Shown here piece by piece: positions 38,983 through 50,069 of a stretch of DNA of 64,000 bases. The notes under the pieces are model-generated. The model did not search any database. It worked only from the letters and a program-made list of their open reading frames with translations, and was not told where the DNA came from. Numbering within the stretch: the first letter of the stretch is position 1; every line of letters starts with the position of its first letter. Source of the DNA: Cyanobacteriota bacterium (GTDB lineage: Bacteria > Cyanobacteriota > Cyanobacteriia > Thermostichales > Thermostichaceae); NCBI GenBank assembly GCA_033764955.1, contig JANRIL010000023.1, forward strand, positions 32,001 to 96,000, in the 5' to 3' direction. Made by a program: the position numbers and the translations under genes.

Positions 38983-39594
38983 ATGACAACAGCAACACTC
39001 CAGCCCAACTCCCCAACTCCGGCAGAGCCGGGGATCCCGATCAAAATAGTTGCGTTGGGGGGAAGTTTACGCCATCCTTCTACCACCTATGCCGCCCTCC
39101 ACTATTTGGCGGAGGAAATGGCACAACTGGGCGTGCATCTAGAGATTTTGGATCTGCGGCAGATGCGGCTGCCCTTTTGTGACGGGGGAGAAACCTATCC
39201 CGACTTTCCCGATGTGGCGCACCTCAAAGCGGCAGTCAAGGCCGCCGATGCTATTGTCCTGGCTAGCCCCGAATATCATGGCAGTATCAGTGGGGTCTTA
39301 AAAAATGCCCTTGATTTGTTGGGGTTTGAAGAAATGGCAGACAAAGTGTTTGGAGCCATCAGCGTTTTGGGGGGCGAGTCTAACAGCAATAGCTTGAACG
39401 ATCTGCGGGTGATTGTGCGTTGGCTGCATGGCTGGATGATTCCCGAACAAATCGCTATTGGTAAGGCTTGGCAGGCTTTTGATACCAATGGCCAGATCAA
39501 AGATGAGCGACTCCGCCAACGCTTTACTGCCTTTGCCCGTAGTCTGATCAGCCATACCGCCAAACTGCGCGGGATCCCCTTGCGGTTGGATTAG
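38983..39594 (+). CDS. NADPH-dependent FMN reductase
   Basis: GGSLR, ASPEYHGSISGVLKNALD. Confidence 0.9.
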   Translation: MTTATLQPNSPTPAEPGIPIKIVALGGSLRHPSTTYAALHYLAEEMAQLGVHLEILDLRQMRLPFCDGGETYPDFPDVAHLKAAVKAADAIVLASPEYHGSISGVLKNALDLLGFEEMADKVFGAISVLGGESNSNSLNDLRVIVRWLHGWMIPEQIAIGKAWQAFDTNGQIKDERLRQRFTAFARSLISHTAKLRGIPLRLD

Positions 39595-39642
39595 GTTGCA
39601 TTAGGATTATCTGAATCTCGTGGTGATTGTCACTGGCTTTGA

Positions 39643-40464
39643 TTAGCTGTAGCTGGTGATCAACACCTCTGAGATTTTACCTCGCCCCTTAGCTTGAGAA
39701 TTAATGGCGCGACCGGCAAAGATAGTGTGGATGTGAAATCCTTGATAAAGCTCTCGAATAAATTGACAATCAGAATTGGAAAGCATCACTTTTACCCGTC
39801 GGCTTGTTAGCTCCTGCATAACATTCCGCAAACGAATTTGTTCAGCCTCAGCAAAGGTATAGCGACTGTAGGAGGTAAAACTACTAGTTGGGCTGAGGGG
39901 ATGATAGGGGGGATCCAGATAAACAAAATCAGTTGGCGAGTGAGCTTTTTTGAGAATCTCATCAAAAGAGCACACTTCAATGCAGATATTTTGCAGAGCA
40001 GATGCGGCTAATCGTAGCAGAGAAGGATTACAAATTGCTGGATTTTTATAGCGTCCGATAGGCACATTAAACTCACCTCTAGTATTTTCTCGATAAAGGC
40101 CGTTAAAACAGGTTTTGTTGAGATAAAGGAATCGGGCAGCCCGCCAAATTGGATCGAGAGTGGTTGCGGATCGGATCTGATAATAATAATCGTGGTTATG
40201 TGCTTCTTGATGTTTATGTAAAAGGGTGATGAGGGCTTCAATGTGATCCCGCACGCATTGATAAACATTGACTAGCTCTGGATTGATATCACTCAAAATA
40301 GCCTGCTTAGGTTGCAAATGAAAAAAAATAGCCCCGCCACCCAAAAACGGCTCATAGTAGGTTTGATACTCTTTAGGGAAGTAGGGTTGATACTGAGCAA
40401 TTAACTGATGCTTTCCGCCTGCCCATTTTAGAAAGGGACGAGCTATTGATGAGCTAGGTGACAT
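39643..40464 (-). CDS. dam: Dam-family N6-adenine DNA methyltransferase (likely GATC)
   Basis: LKWAGGK, YEPFLGGG, FNGLYREN, YLDPPY, LSNS. No restriction nuclease adjacent. Confidence 0.92.
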   Translation of the reverse strand: MSPSSSIARPFLKWAGGKHQLIAQYQPYFPKEYQTYYEPFLGGGAIFFHLQPKQAILSDINPELVNVYQCVRDHIEALITLLHKHQEAHNHDYYYQIRSATTLDPIWRAARFLYLNKTCFNGLYRENTRGEFNVPIGRYKNPAICNPSLLRLAASALQNICIEVCSFDEILKKAHSPTDFVYLDPPYHPLSPTSSFTSYSRYTFAEAEQIRLRNVMQELTSRRVKVMLSNSDCQFIRELYQGFHIHTIFAGRAINSQAKGRGKISEVLITSYS

Positions 40465-40482
40465 GATAATTTCAGAACCATA

Positions 40483-41031
40483 TCAGCTAAAAGGCTTATG
40501 TTTAAGAGTAAGGGAGTCAATTAATTCTTGTATTGCCTGAACCAGCCGCTCCTCTAATTCAGCTTCCAACTGAATGGCTCCTTCTGGCGTAAATTGAATT
40601 TGGGAATTGACGGCATATACTCCCTTCAAAATATGAGCGGCTCCCATCACTGAAAAGAGGGGCTTCATGCCATAGTCGATGGCAAGCAGATGGTTAATCG
40701 TTCCTCCCACGGCCATCGGCAAAATAATCTTGTCGGCAAACGCATATTGAGGCAGCAAGTCCAATAGGGCTTTGAGAACTCCCGTATAGGTGGCTTTATA
40801 AACAGGAGTGGCGACTATCACCGCTTTCGATGCTTCGATAGCCAGTTGAATCGTTTTGAGAGCATCACTTTCAAAATTGCCGTAGACTAAATCTTCAGGA
40901 GATAGGTCGCGGATCGTAAAAAGACGGGTTTCAATTCCCTGCTGACTTAAGAGGTGAGTGGCTTGCGACAATAGGGCATGAGTGCGAGAGGTGGGGGCGG
41001 GACTGCCACATAGGTTAACGACAGCATACAT
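40483..41031 (-). CDS. ssuE: SsuE-type NADPH-dependent FMN reductase
   Basis: GSP...SRT, ATPVYKATYTGVLKALLDLLPQ, GGTINHLLAIDY. Confidence 0.85.
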   Translation of the reverse strand: MYAVVNLCGSPAPTSRTHALLSQATHLLSQQGIETRLFTIRDLSPEDLVYGNFESDALKTIQLAIEASKAVIVATPVYKATYTGVLKALLDLLPQYAFADKIILPMAVGGTINHLLAIDYGMKPLFSVMGAAHILKGVYAVNSQIQFTPEGAIQLEAELEERLVQAIQELIDSLTLKHKPFS

Positions 41032-41504
41032 AAATGGAAGCTCACAAGAGGGGATAAAAAATCAAGGAATCCTTCAGGTAGATACTCATCTTTATCACTA
41101 TAAGTGTCTAGGGTAAATGCCTGATCCCCCATCGCTGAGGCTAGATGGCAGGGGCACCTACCCAATCTCCGTAACGAAACGGTGGGTTTTACCCCTTGGA
41201 CTGGCCATCGCCCTCGATCATGCTGGGTATACCCTTGTTTGTGGTTTGGTCAACTGGCATTTTCATAACATCCCAGACTTCCGTTCTGAATAGCTTGCGG
41301 GTATGCTGGCTGTGGTTAGACTGGTCAACACTGCCCATAGCGGTAGGATAGGGTCTGAAGTTATGGCTATCTACTAGCAGCAGTATTCTTAACAGCAGAC
41401 AACACCGATCGTAACTTGCATTGACAGCGTTCCCTGACCAATCATTCTGAATTCAATTGCTTGGATCCCTTTTTTTGACTTCTTTTCGACCCATAGGTGA
41501 TGAG

Positions 41505-42389
41505 ATGCAGTACAACTCCAGAGGATCTATTCCTCCGATGGCCGACAAAGCGAATGGGCGCAGACAGTCTGTCTTTTCAGAAACCGCTTATCCTCCATCA
41601 ACTCATCAACCCAGCCAGCCGGCTCAACGAGCCACTCATCCTGGTGTGCCCTTGGCTATCTATCAAGAGGTGTTGCAGGAGCTGGAGTTGACTCGTCAGC
41701 AGCTACAGCAGGTATTGGTTGAAAAGCAGCGCATGGCTAGCCAGCAGGTTGAGCTAGAACAAGTAGCCACCGAACTGTATAGTGTTTTGGCTAATAAAAT
41801 CGCTCAATTGCAGCGGATACAAGCAGTCACTGCCCCTCCTCCTGGAATGATGCCCCCTCCTAATTCTGCTGCTCCTGCTAGCTATGAGTTTTTGGATCGC
41901 CTTAAGCAACGGCAACAACCCTTTCCACCCCAAAATACAGCCGAAACCAGCTATGGAGGGATCCCTTCCCTAGAGGAGTTACAACGCTCCTCGCCCAGCC
42001 AGTCTGCGCCGCCCTTTGAATCTACCTATGCTCCCCCGCGAGGACGGAGTGCTCCCCCCCGTCCGGACTCCCGCCGCCCCTCAACCCGCAACAGCTATAG
42101 TTCTGAGATGGGCTATACCAGTCGCTCCGGCAAGTTTGACTCTCCTAAGAAGGAAAGCGCAGAAGAAGCGGATTTGTTCGCTGGATTGGCAGAAGAGGCT
42201 CCCGATTATCCCAGTGGCTTGTATCAGCGAGCCCGCGAACAGCATAGCAACTCTCAACCCCTTGCCCTTTGGATCATTGCTGCCCTGCTCTTGGTGCTGG
42301 GATCCTTTGGGGCTGGTTTTTTGGTGGTTCAGCCATTTGTACGGGAAGCCGATCCACCCTCGGTTGCTCCTCCCACGGAATCTCCGTAG
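41505..42389 (+). CDS. Hypothetical protein: coiled coil + Pro/Ser linker + C-terminal TM anchor
   Basis: VPLAIYQEVLQEL coiled coil; LWIIAALLLVLGSFGAGFLVV near the C-terminus. Confidence 0.75.
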   Translation: MQYNSRGSIPPMADKANGRRQSVFSETAYPPSTHQPSQPAQRATHPGVPLAIYQEVLQELELTRQQLQQVLVEKQRMASQQVELEQVATELYSVLANKIAQLQRIQAVTAPPPGMMPPPNSAAPASYEFLDRLKQRQQPFPPQNTAETSYGGIPSLEELQRSSPSQSAPPFESTYAPPRGRSAPPRPDSRRPSTRNSYSSEMGYTSRSGKFDSPKKESAEEADLFAGLAEEAPDYPSGLYQRAREQHSNSQPLALWIIAALLLVLGSFGAGFLVVQPFVREADPPSVAPPTESP

Positions 42390-42422
42390 AATCACAGGGT
42401 AGGCTCAGGAATAGGGTGCCGG

Positions 42423-42965
42423 ATGGGTGTGTCCCTAGTGGAGATATTGGATGCTTCAGCGTTAGATCAAACCTGTCAGGGGCTAGCGGCAGATATTCTG
42501 GCTGCCTACCCAGTTTGGCAGCAGGTGGTTCTGATCGGCATCCGCACTCGTGGTGTTCCCTTGGCTCACCGACTGGCGGGTCATTTGCAACAGTGGACGG
42601 GTTCAGAGCGACGTATCCCTGTGGGAGCCTTGGATATCACCTTTTTTCGGGACGATTTGACACAGTCTGGCTTGCGAACCCCAGATCTCAGCCAAATTCC
42701 TGGGGATCTGACTCAGCAGCAGGTGATCTTAGTGGATGATGTTATTTTTCGGGGGCGCACGATTCGGGCAGCTCTGGAAGCCCTCAATCATTTGGGACGC
42801 CCCCAAGTGGTGCGTTTGGCCGTATTGATTGATCGCGGACACCGTGAGCTGCCCATCCATCCTGATTTTGTCGGACTTTCCATCACCACCCAGCCCAACG
42901 ATCAGGTGCGGGTGCATTTACGCGAACAGGACGGTGAGGATCGCGTTTTTGTAGAACAGAATTAG
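42423..42965 (+). CDS. pyrR: PyrR regulator / uracil phosphoribosyltransferase
   Basis: GIRTRGVPLA, LDITFFRDD, LVDDVIFRGRTIRAA, DRGHRELPIHPDFVG. Confidence 0.95.
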   Translation: MGVSLVEILDASALDQTCQGLAADILAAYPVWQQVVLIGIRTRGVPLAHRLAGHLQQWTGSERRIPVGALDITFFRDDLTQSGLRTPDLSQIPGDLTQQQVILVDDVIFRGRTIRAALEALNHLGRPQVVRLAVLIDRGHRELPIHPDFVGLSITTQPNDQVRVHLREQDGEDRVFVEQN

Positions 42966-43065
42966 GGATCCCTGAATCTCCCCCTTGCCACCGTTCTCCT
43001 ATCGGTCTCATGAACTACCACCCAACACCGATCCTCCTCCTGTTTGGATCATCTCCCCTCAGCCT

Positions 43066-44031
43066 CTAGAGCCAGTCGTGGCGAGGCAAGATCGCTTTGG
43101 GCAACAGACCATGAACTCCTTTCTGGGGGCTATTAACCACCTGAGTAATGTGAAAATGAACCCCCAAACTGCATAGTACATAGGCTTCTTCCGGATCCAG
43201 ATGGAGACGGGTGACCAAAAAGTCAATCATCTGTTGCAGAGCTTGTTCAAAGGCTTGATCGAGGGTGGAGCCAAACCCCATCGTGATGAAATCGCTGGCG
43301 GTTTCTGCCAAGGGCAGGGTGAGGGATAAGTCTCGGCGGAGGATCAACTGCAAACGGCCATTCATAGAGGTTTCAATAGCCGTCACATCGATTTCCCCAT
43401 CCCCCTGTACGGCATGTCCATCCCCTACTGAAAACAGTCCCCCCGCCAAAAAAATAGGCAAAAAGACACGGGATCCCGGACGGAGATGGCGGTTATCCAG
43501 ATTGCCACCATAGATACCCGGAGGGATGGAATTGCGATCCGTCTCGGCGGTGGCCACCCCCAAAATGCCAAAAAAGGGAGCCAGAGGGATGCGGATGCCA
43601 CTTGCTGGGGGAAATTCGGCAACCTGATGCTGCAAATCAAGGTCAATAAAGCGCAGGCGGGGCTGATCAAAGCGTTGGGGTAAAGCTCCCCAGCCGGGGC
43701 GGATGGCGTTAAATCCCACGGATAAACTGGGCTGAATGGATCCCAACCGTACTTCTAGGACATCCCCCGGCATCGCCCCCTGCACGGCAATCGGGCCTGT
43801 TAACAGGTGTGGTCCTGGCCCTACCTTCCGATCCGCCGCCAAATTTTCCACAATGTCTGCCAAAGCAGGTGGCACAAAATGGGGGGGAGCTACCTGACAC
43901 ACGCCAAATCCAGTAAAGGTTTCCACCTCCACCCAGTCCCCCGAATTGACGGTGAGGGCAGGCGGTAAAGCTGACGAAAATCCCCCCAGATGAACGGTTT
44001 GACAAGTGGCTTTCAGGATATGGCAAGTCAT
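43066..44031 (-). CDS. Acetamidase/formamidase family protein
   Basis: GPHLLTGPIAV, GGNLDN, GDGHAVQGDGEI. Confidence 0.9.
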   Translation of the reverse strand: MTCHILKATCQTVHLGGFSSALPPALTVNSGDWVEVETFTGFGVCQVAPPHFVPPALADIVENLAADRKVGPGPHLLTGPIAVQGAMPGDVLEVRLGSIQPSLSVGFNAIRPGWGALPQRFDQPRLRFIDLDLQHQVAEFPPASGIRIPLAPFFGILGVATAETDRNSIPPGIYGGNLDNRHLRPGSRVFLPIFLAGGLFSVGDGHAVQGDGEIDVTAIETSMNGRLQLILRRDLSLTLPLAETASDFITMGFGSTLDQAFEQALQQMIDFLVTRLHLDPEEAYVLCSLGVHFHITQVVNSPQKGVHGLLPKAILPRHDWL

Positions 44032-44161
44032 GGACAACCCAGCAAAAAATGGATGAGCCATATTAGCAAACAAACCCTATTTGGGGATCCCACCCACCTG
44101 ATGAGCAGAGGGACGTCAGCATAGGTTGTAGAGTGGTTTTGCAAAAGGAGATGGAATCGCC

Positions 44162-44698
44162 GTGTTAAAGGGTTGGGGGGGAATCAATATTCCGACATGG
44201 ATCACCATCGCTCGCCTGCTGGGGATCCCGGTGATTTTGTGGGGACTAGCACTGGCCACTCCCCAGGGACGTTGGATTGCTCTGCTGGCGTTTGGGGTTG
44301 CCGCCCTAACAGACTGGCTGGATGGCTATCTGGCTCGGCGTTGGCAGCAGGAGACAGAGTTGGGCAAGTTTTTGGATCCCTTGGTGGATAAATTGTTGGT
44401 GTTAGCCCCCCTCTTGAGCCTGGTTGAGTTGGGACAGGTGCCCGCTTGGGGAGTGTTTTTGTTGCTGGCACGGGAGTTAACCATTGCCGGATGGCGGGTG
44501 CAGCAAACCCAAATTGCTGGAGCCAATCTGTGGGGCAAAGCCAAAACAACTCTGCAAATGGTAGCGATTGGGCTGCTTATCCTCGAATGGACGGGGGGAT
44601 TGCTGATGTTTTGGTTGGCGGTAGCCTTGACGTTGATTTCCGGACTGATCTACCTGCTTCCCCCCCCCAGATATCCAGCCCTAAGGGATCCCCTATGA
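44162..44698 (+). CDS. pgsA: CDP-diacylglycerol--glycerol-3-phosphate 3-phosphatidyltransferase
   Basis: [35 protein letters not shown]. Confidence 0.93.
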   Translation: MLKGWGGINIPTWITIARLLGIPVILWGLALATPQGRWIALLAFGVAALTDWLDGYLARRWQQETELGKFLDPLVDKLLVLAPLLSLVELGQVPAWGVFLLLARELTIAGWRVQQTQIAGANLWGKAKTTLQMVAIGLLILEWTGGLLMFWLAVALTLISGLIYLLPPPRYPALRDPL

Positions 44699-45183
44699 AA
44701 GAGTGCATTTTAGGGATAGATCCCGGCATGGCGACGGTGGGCTTTGGCAGCATTTGGGCGGATCCTCAGGCAGAAACCGTTGAACCATCCGAGTATGGCG
44801 TGATCTCAACTCCCACCTCCGCCTCTATCCCTGAACGATTAGCTATTCTCTACGAAGATCTGACCCATTTGCTGGGGCAGATCCAACCGCAGCGGGTGGG
44901 GATTGAAAAACTCTTTTTCTACAAAATGGGCAATACCATCCTGGTAGCTCAGGCTCGCGGGGTGATTTTACTGGTTTTGGCTCAGCACCATCTGATCCCT
45001 GAGGAATACACTCCCGCTCAGGTGAAGCAAAGTTTAACGGGTTATGGTAAAGCTGATAAACAGGCCGTCCAAAGTGCTGTCACCCACGAACTACGCCTCT
45101 CCCAGATTCCCCGACCGGATGATGCAGCGGATGCCCTCGCCATTGCCCTGACCGTCTGGCACCATCGCTTTGCCCGTGATTGA
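44695..45183 (+). CDS. ruvC: Holliday junction resolvase RuvC
   Basis: [33 protein letters not shown] overlap with pgsA. Confidence 0.95.
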   Translation: MKECILGIDPGMATVGFGSIWADPQAETVEPSEYGVISTPTSASIPERLAILYEDLTHLLGQIQPQRVGIEKLFFYKMGNTILVAQARGVILLVLAQHHLIPEEYTPAQVKQSLTGYGKADKQAVQSAVTHELRLSQIPRPDDAADALAIALTVWHHRFARD

Positions 45184-45220
45184 AACGGATCCCTCCCTAA
45201 ACGTGGCTAGGGATCCGTTT
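45183..45220. terminator. Inverted repeat downstream of ruvC
   Basis: AAACGGATCCCT (45183-45194) and AGGGATCCGTTT (45209-45220) form a perfect 12-bp stem. Confidence 0.5.
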
Positions 45221-45271
45221 ATCCGTCGATCTGCGTCAAAATTGATCTGCATTGCTATGGCTATTTTCTGA

Positions 45272-45622
<351 letters not shown>

Positions 45623-45720
45623 ATTGAGGCATCCTTCCCCACGCTTTCCCCACGCTTTTTCCGGTTCTGGATGTCTTTGGATCCCTCTGCTCAGTTGCCC
45701 TAACATTGCCTCAACCCATC

Positions 45721-46236
45721 ATGACAGCCCGTAGTTTCTCCTTTGCCCGTGTGCGCGAGCATCTGCTGTTTCAAACCCTCAGCGATGAGGAATGGCAGGA
45801 ATTGTTGACCTACCTGCGGCCTAGTCGCTATCAGCCGGCCCAGACCATTTTTCAAGAGGGGGATGCCAGCAGTGATCTCTATCTCATCTTGAGTGGGGTG
45901 GTGGAACTGCGGCGACAATTTGCCCGTCATCCCGGCGATTATCTCTTAGCTACCCTTCATGCCGGACGAGTCTTTGGAGAAATGTCTCTCTTGACGGGGC
46001 GACGGCGCACCACCACCGCCATTGCCATCATTGATGTCGAGGCCGCCCAACTGCCCGCCCGCAACCTCACCCTCATGTCGCCGCCTTTGCAGGTCAAGCT
46101 GCATCGCGCCTGGGGAGAGATGATCGGGGAGCGCCTACACGCCCTAGAAAGCATGTTTGCCGACCTACTGGAGCAACGGGGAGCCGAAAATGCTGCCGTT
46201 ACGATGGCTACCCTCCACCAACGCTACCAGCCTTAA
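45721..46236 (+). CDS. Stand-alone cyclic nucleotide-binding domain protein
   Basis: IFQEGD, LYLILSG, FGEMSLL...RTTTA; no HTH domain. Confidence 0.85.
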   Translation: MTARSFSFARVREHLLFQTLSDEEWQELLTYLRPSRYQPAQTIFQEGDASSDLYLILSGVVELRRQFARHPGDYLLATLHAGRVFGEMSLLTGRRRTTTAIAIIDVEAAQLPARNLTLMSPPLQVKLHRAWGEMIGERLHALESMFADLLEQRGAENAAVTMATLHQRYQP

Positions 46237-46348
46237 ACCAGAGAAGCTTACCCTGTCGATCCCAAAGATTTTCAGAAGTGTGGTAAGGAGTTGCGATATC
46301 ATGTGCTAAGCAGCAGGCAAAATTTGTAAGCAGTGAGGTCAAGGAGCA

Positions 46349-47368
46349 GTGGTAAGAGTAGCAATCAATGGATTCGGACGAATTGGCAGAAATTTTCTAC
46401 GGTGCTGGTTGGGTCGCTCTAGCTCAAACCTGGAGGTCGTTGCTGTTAACGACACATCCGATGCTCGGACTGCTGCTCACCTCCTCAAATACGACTCGAT
46501 TTTGGGCCCGTTACAAGGAGCTGAGGTCTATCCCGAAGATGGCAACTTAGTGGTGAATGGTCAGACCATTCAAGTGGTTTCTGATCGCAATCCCAGCAAC
46601 CTACCCTGGAAGAGCCTGGGCATTGATCTGGTAATTGAGTCAACAGGGGTCTTTGTTGACTACCCAGGAGCCTCTCGCCATATCGAGTCGGGAGCCAAAA
46701 AAGTGATGATCACCGCCCCTGCCAAAGGAAGCGAGATACCCACATTTGTTTATGGGGTGAATCAACATACCTACGATCCGGTTCGCCACAACATTGTCAG
46801 CAATGCCAGTTGCACCACCAACTGCCTCACCCCCATCATCAAGGTGATTTTAGAAAAATTTGGCATTGTGCGCGCCACCATGACCACTACCCACAGCTAC
46901 ACCGGTGATCAACGCATTTTGGATGGTGGACACCGCGACCTGCGGCGGGCACGGGCAGCGGCATTGAGCATGGTTCCCACCACCACAGGGGCAGCAAAAG
47001 CGGTAGCCTTGGTGATTCCCGAATTGAAGGGCAAGCTGAACGGGGTCGCGGTGCGCGTGCCCACCCCCAATGTCTCTCTCGTGGATTTGGTGGTGCAGAC
47101 TGAAAAGCAAGTGATTGTTGAGGAAGTGAACGCCGCCCTCAAAGAAGCCTCCGAAACCGACCTAAAAGGGATCCTAGCCTATTCGGATATCCCCCTGGTG
47201 TCGATTGATTATCGTGGTCATGATTGCTCCTCGATCGTGGATGCAGAACTGACAGCCGTGCTGGGGGGAGATCTGGTCAAGATTATGGCTTGGTATGACA
47301 ACGAGTGGGGCTATTCGCAGCGAGTGGTTGACCTAGCGGAATATATGGCTAATCACTGGGTCGCTTAG
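46349..47368 (+). CDS. gap2: Glyceraldehyde-3-phosphate dehydrogenase, Gap2 type
   Basis: [46 protein letters not shown]. Confidence 0.92.
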   Translation: MVRVAINGFGRIGRNFLRCWLGRSSSNLEVVAVNDTSDARTAAHLLKYDSILGPLQGAEVYPEDGNLVVNGQTIQVVSDRNPSNLPWKSLGIDLVIESTGVFVDYPGASRHIESGAKKVMITAPAKGSEIPTFVYGVNQHTYDPVRHNIVSNASCTTNCLTPIIKVILEKFGIVRATMTTTHSYTGDQRILDGGHRDLRRARAAALSMVPTTTGAAKAVALVIPELKGKLNGVAVRVPTPNVSLVDLVVQTEKQVIVEEVNAALKEASETDLKGILAYSDIPLVSIDYRGHDCSSIVDAELTAVLGGDLVKIMAWYDNEWGYSQRVVDLAEYMANHWVA

Positions 47369-47427
47369 GGTAAGGATGACTTGCCCCAAGAGCTACTTAT
47401 CCCCTACCTCAGCTAGTCCCCACGGTT

Positions 47428-47468
47428 AACCCCATGTCCTCTGTTTTGAATGGAGTCATGGGGTTTTT
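47428..47468 (+). terminator. Intrinsic terminator between convergent gap2 and hemL
   Basis: AACCCCATG...CATGGGGTT stem followed by a T run. Confidence 0.55.
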
Positions 47469-47477
47469 CAGGTTCAT

Positions 47478-48773
47478 TTACAGTGCCGCCATGACCTGAC
47501 GAGCGGCTGCCAGGGTGGCGGCAATATCCTCATCGCTATGGGCTAACGAGGTAAAACCGGCTTCAAATTGAGAGGGAGCCAAATAAACCCCTGCCTCTAA
47601 CATGCCGCGGTGAAAGCGACTGAATTTTTGCAAGTCGGAGGTTTTGGCCTGCTCGTAGTTGTGAACAGGGCCGGCGGTGAAGAAGAAGCCAAACATTCCG
47701 CTGATCGAGCCACCACAAGCCGCATGTCCGGTTTCTTGGGCAATTGCCAATAACCCCTCCGCTAAGGTGTGGGTAATCCGATGCAGATATTCATAGGTGC
47801 CCGCTCGCTGCAAAATTTCCAGGGTTTTGATGCCGGCTGTCATAGCGAGGGGATTGCCAGACAAGGTTCCAGCCTGATACATTGGCCCCGCCGGGGCTAC
47901 CATTTGCATGATCTCCCGCCGTCCCCCATAGGCTCCCACCGGCAGTCCCCCGCCGATCACTTTTCCCAGGGTGGTCAGATCGGGAGTAACGCCAAAATAA
48001 GCCTGTGCCCCCCCATAGGCAATGCGAAAGCCCGTCATCACTTCATCAAAAACCAACAGTGCTCCGTGGGCCTGGGTCAGTTCCCGCAATCCCTGCAAAA
48101 ATCCGGGCTGAGGCGGAATAAAGCCAGCATTCCCCACCACCGGTTCCAGAATCAGTCCCGCAATTTCGCCAGGGTTTTCTTCAAATAGGGCGGCTACTGC
48201 CGCCAGATCGTTAAAGGGAGCCGTCAGGGTTTGGCTGGTGACGGACTTAGGCACTCCTGGTGAGTCGGGTAAGCCCAAGGTAGCCACACCGGATCCCGCC
48301 TTGACCAGAAACATATCGGCATGACCGTGGTAGCAGCCTTCAAATTTGATTACCTTTTCCCGACCCGTATAGGCTCGCATCAGACGCAACACCGCCATAC
48401 AAGCTTCGGTGCCGGAATTGACAAACCGCACCATTTCAACGCTCGGAACCGCAGCAATCACCATCTCCGCCAGTTGATTTTCGAGGGGGCAGGGGGCACC
48501 AAAACTCGTGCCTTTGGACAAAGCAGCCTGCAAGGCCGCGATTACTTCGGGATGGGCATGCCCGACAATGGCTGGCCCCCAACTGCCGATGTAGTCGATA
48601 TAACTGTTGCCATCCACATCCCAGGCACGGGATCCCGCTACCCGATCAAAGACAATCGGCTCTCCCCCCACTGATTTGAAGGCACGCACAGGAGAATTGA
48701 CCCCTCCCGGCATCAGATCCAGGGCTTGGGCAAAAAGGGTTTGGGAACGAGAGGTGTTGAGGAGGCTGGTCAT
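47478..48773 (-). CDS. hemL: Glutamate-1-semialdehyde 2,1-aminomutase
   Basis: [42 protein letters not shown]. Confidence 0.97.
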   Translation of the reverse strand: MTSLLNTSRSQTLFAQALDLMPGGVNSPVRAFKSVGGEPIVFDRVAGSRAWDVDGNSYIDYIGSWGPAIVGHAHPEVIAALQAALSKGTSFGAPCPLENQLAEMVIAAVPSVEMVRFVNSGTEACMAVLRLMRAYTGREKVIKFEGCYHGHADMFLVKAGSGVATLGLPDSPGVPKSVTSQTLTAPFNDLAAVAALFEENPGEIAGLILEPVVGNAGFIPPQPGFLQGLRELTQAHGALLVFDEVMTGFRIAYGGAQAYFGVTPDLTTLGKVIGGGLPVGAYGGRREIMQMVAPAGPMYQAGTLSGNPLAMTAGIKTLEILQRAGTYEYLHRITHTLAEGLLAIAQETGHAACGGSISGMFGFFFTAGPVHNYEQAKTSDLQKFSRFHRGMLEAGVYLAPSQFEAGFTSLAHSDEDIAATLAAARQVMAAL

Positions 48774-48920
48774 TGCTATTGGGGATCCCTGAGTGACGGA
48801 ATAGATGGTGAGTCAAACCCATGCTTACGGGAGCGGTTGGGGGGCACCAATCAGGCCACATCTTAAGGGATCCCTTCCCCAAGTTCACGCTTTCTGTTAC
48901 AAATCCTCAAGCAGGTCAGC

Positions 48921-49856
48921 TCAAGCCCTGGCGGATTCTACGGGGAGAGCGGTTTGCATAGCGATGGTTTTACCTTCGTTGAGCAAATAGTCGGCAAAAG
49001 TCCGCGCTACCACCGAGAGATGTTTGCCCGCCAGATAGACCAAATACCAATCCCCCGGCAAAGGAAAGCCTTGCACGTCCAAGACGGAAAGATGTCCTAA
49101 TCCATCCCCCAGGGCTAACACATGCTTGGATAGGACGGAAATTCCCAGCCCGCCTACGACGGCTTGTTTGATGGCTTCACTGCTGCCCAACTCCATCCTG
49201 ACCTGCGGCGTCACCCCATGCTGGGCAAACCAGCGCTGAACGGCGGTGCGGGTGCCGGAGCCAGGTTCGCGCATCAGAAAGGGTTCTTGAGCCAGTTGGG
49301 CTGCCGAAATGTTGCAGGTGTGCGCCAGGGGGTGATCGGGGGCGGCCAAGACGAGCAAAGGGTTTTCCAAAAATGGTTGCGCCACAATATCAAGATCGGC
49401 GGGGGGAAGTCCCAAGATATAGAGGTCATCCAGATTATTGACCAGCCGCTCCAGCAATTGTTGGCGATTCGTTACTTGCAGGGTGATATCAATGCCGGGA
49501 TAGCGGTGACAAAAAGGCCCCAGCAGACGGGGAATAAAGTATTTGGCCGTTGTCACCACCGCCAGCCGGAGCCGCCCCTGCTTCAGCCCCTTCAGATCGG
49601 CGACTTTCATCTCCAGTTGATCCAGTTGGTCAAAAATGGCCTGACAGGTGCTATAGAGTTCTTGACCTGCTTCGGTCAGGTAGAGTTTCTTGCCCAATTG
49701 TTCAAATAAAGGCATCCCCACCGCTTTTGCCAGTTGCTTCACCTGCATGGAAACCGTCGGTTGCGTCAAAAACATTTCTTCGGCAGCCCGTGTAAAGCTG
49801 CGGTGACGAGCGGTGGCTTCAAAAACCTTGAGTTGATGGAGGGTGGCGTGCTTCAC
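48921..49856 (-). CDS. LysR regulator of the CbbR/RbcR/CmpR/NdhR subfamily
   Basis: TLHQLKVFEATARHRSFTRAAEE, TTAKYFIPRLLG, REPGSGTR. Confidence 0.88.
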   Translation of the reverse strand: MKHATLHQLKVFEATARHRSFTRAAEEMFLTQPTVSMQVKQLAKAVGMPLFEQLGKKLYLTEAGQELYSTCQAIFDQLDQLEMKVADLKGLKQGRLRLAVVTTAKYFIPRLLGPFCHRYPGIDITLQVTNRQQLLERLVNNLDDLYILGLPPADLDIVAQPFLENPLLVLAAPDHPLAHTCNISAAQLAQEPFLMREPGSGTRTAVQRWFAQHGVTPQVRMELGSSEAIKQAVVGGLGISVLSKHVLALGDGLGHLSVLDVQGFPLPGDWYLVYLAGKHLSVVARTFADYLLNEGKTIAMQTALPVESARA

Positions 49857-50069
49857 GGTGAGGGGATCCCCTAGCCCAGCACAGGTACTTTATCATTTAC
49901 CATTGTTAAAAGTCTATGGATTTGAAGGAAATGATTGACTAAGCCTGATTCAAGAAAAAGCCAGACGGATCCCGCTAGACCAGATGACCGGCTCTGAGAT
50001 CCAGCCTGCGACTCCCCTTAAAACGATAAAATGGGGGTGTTCCTGACTTAGTAATCGTTTGCTGATGCT

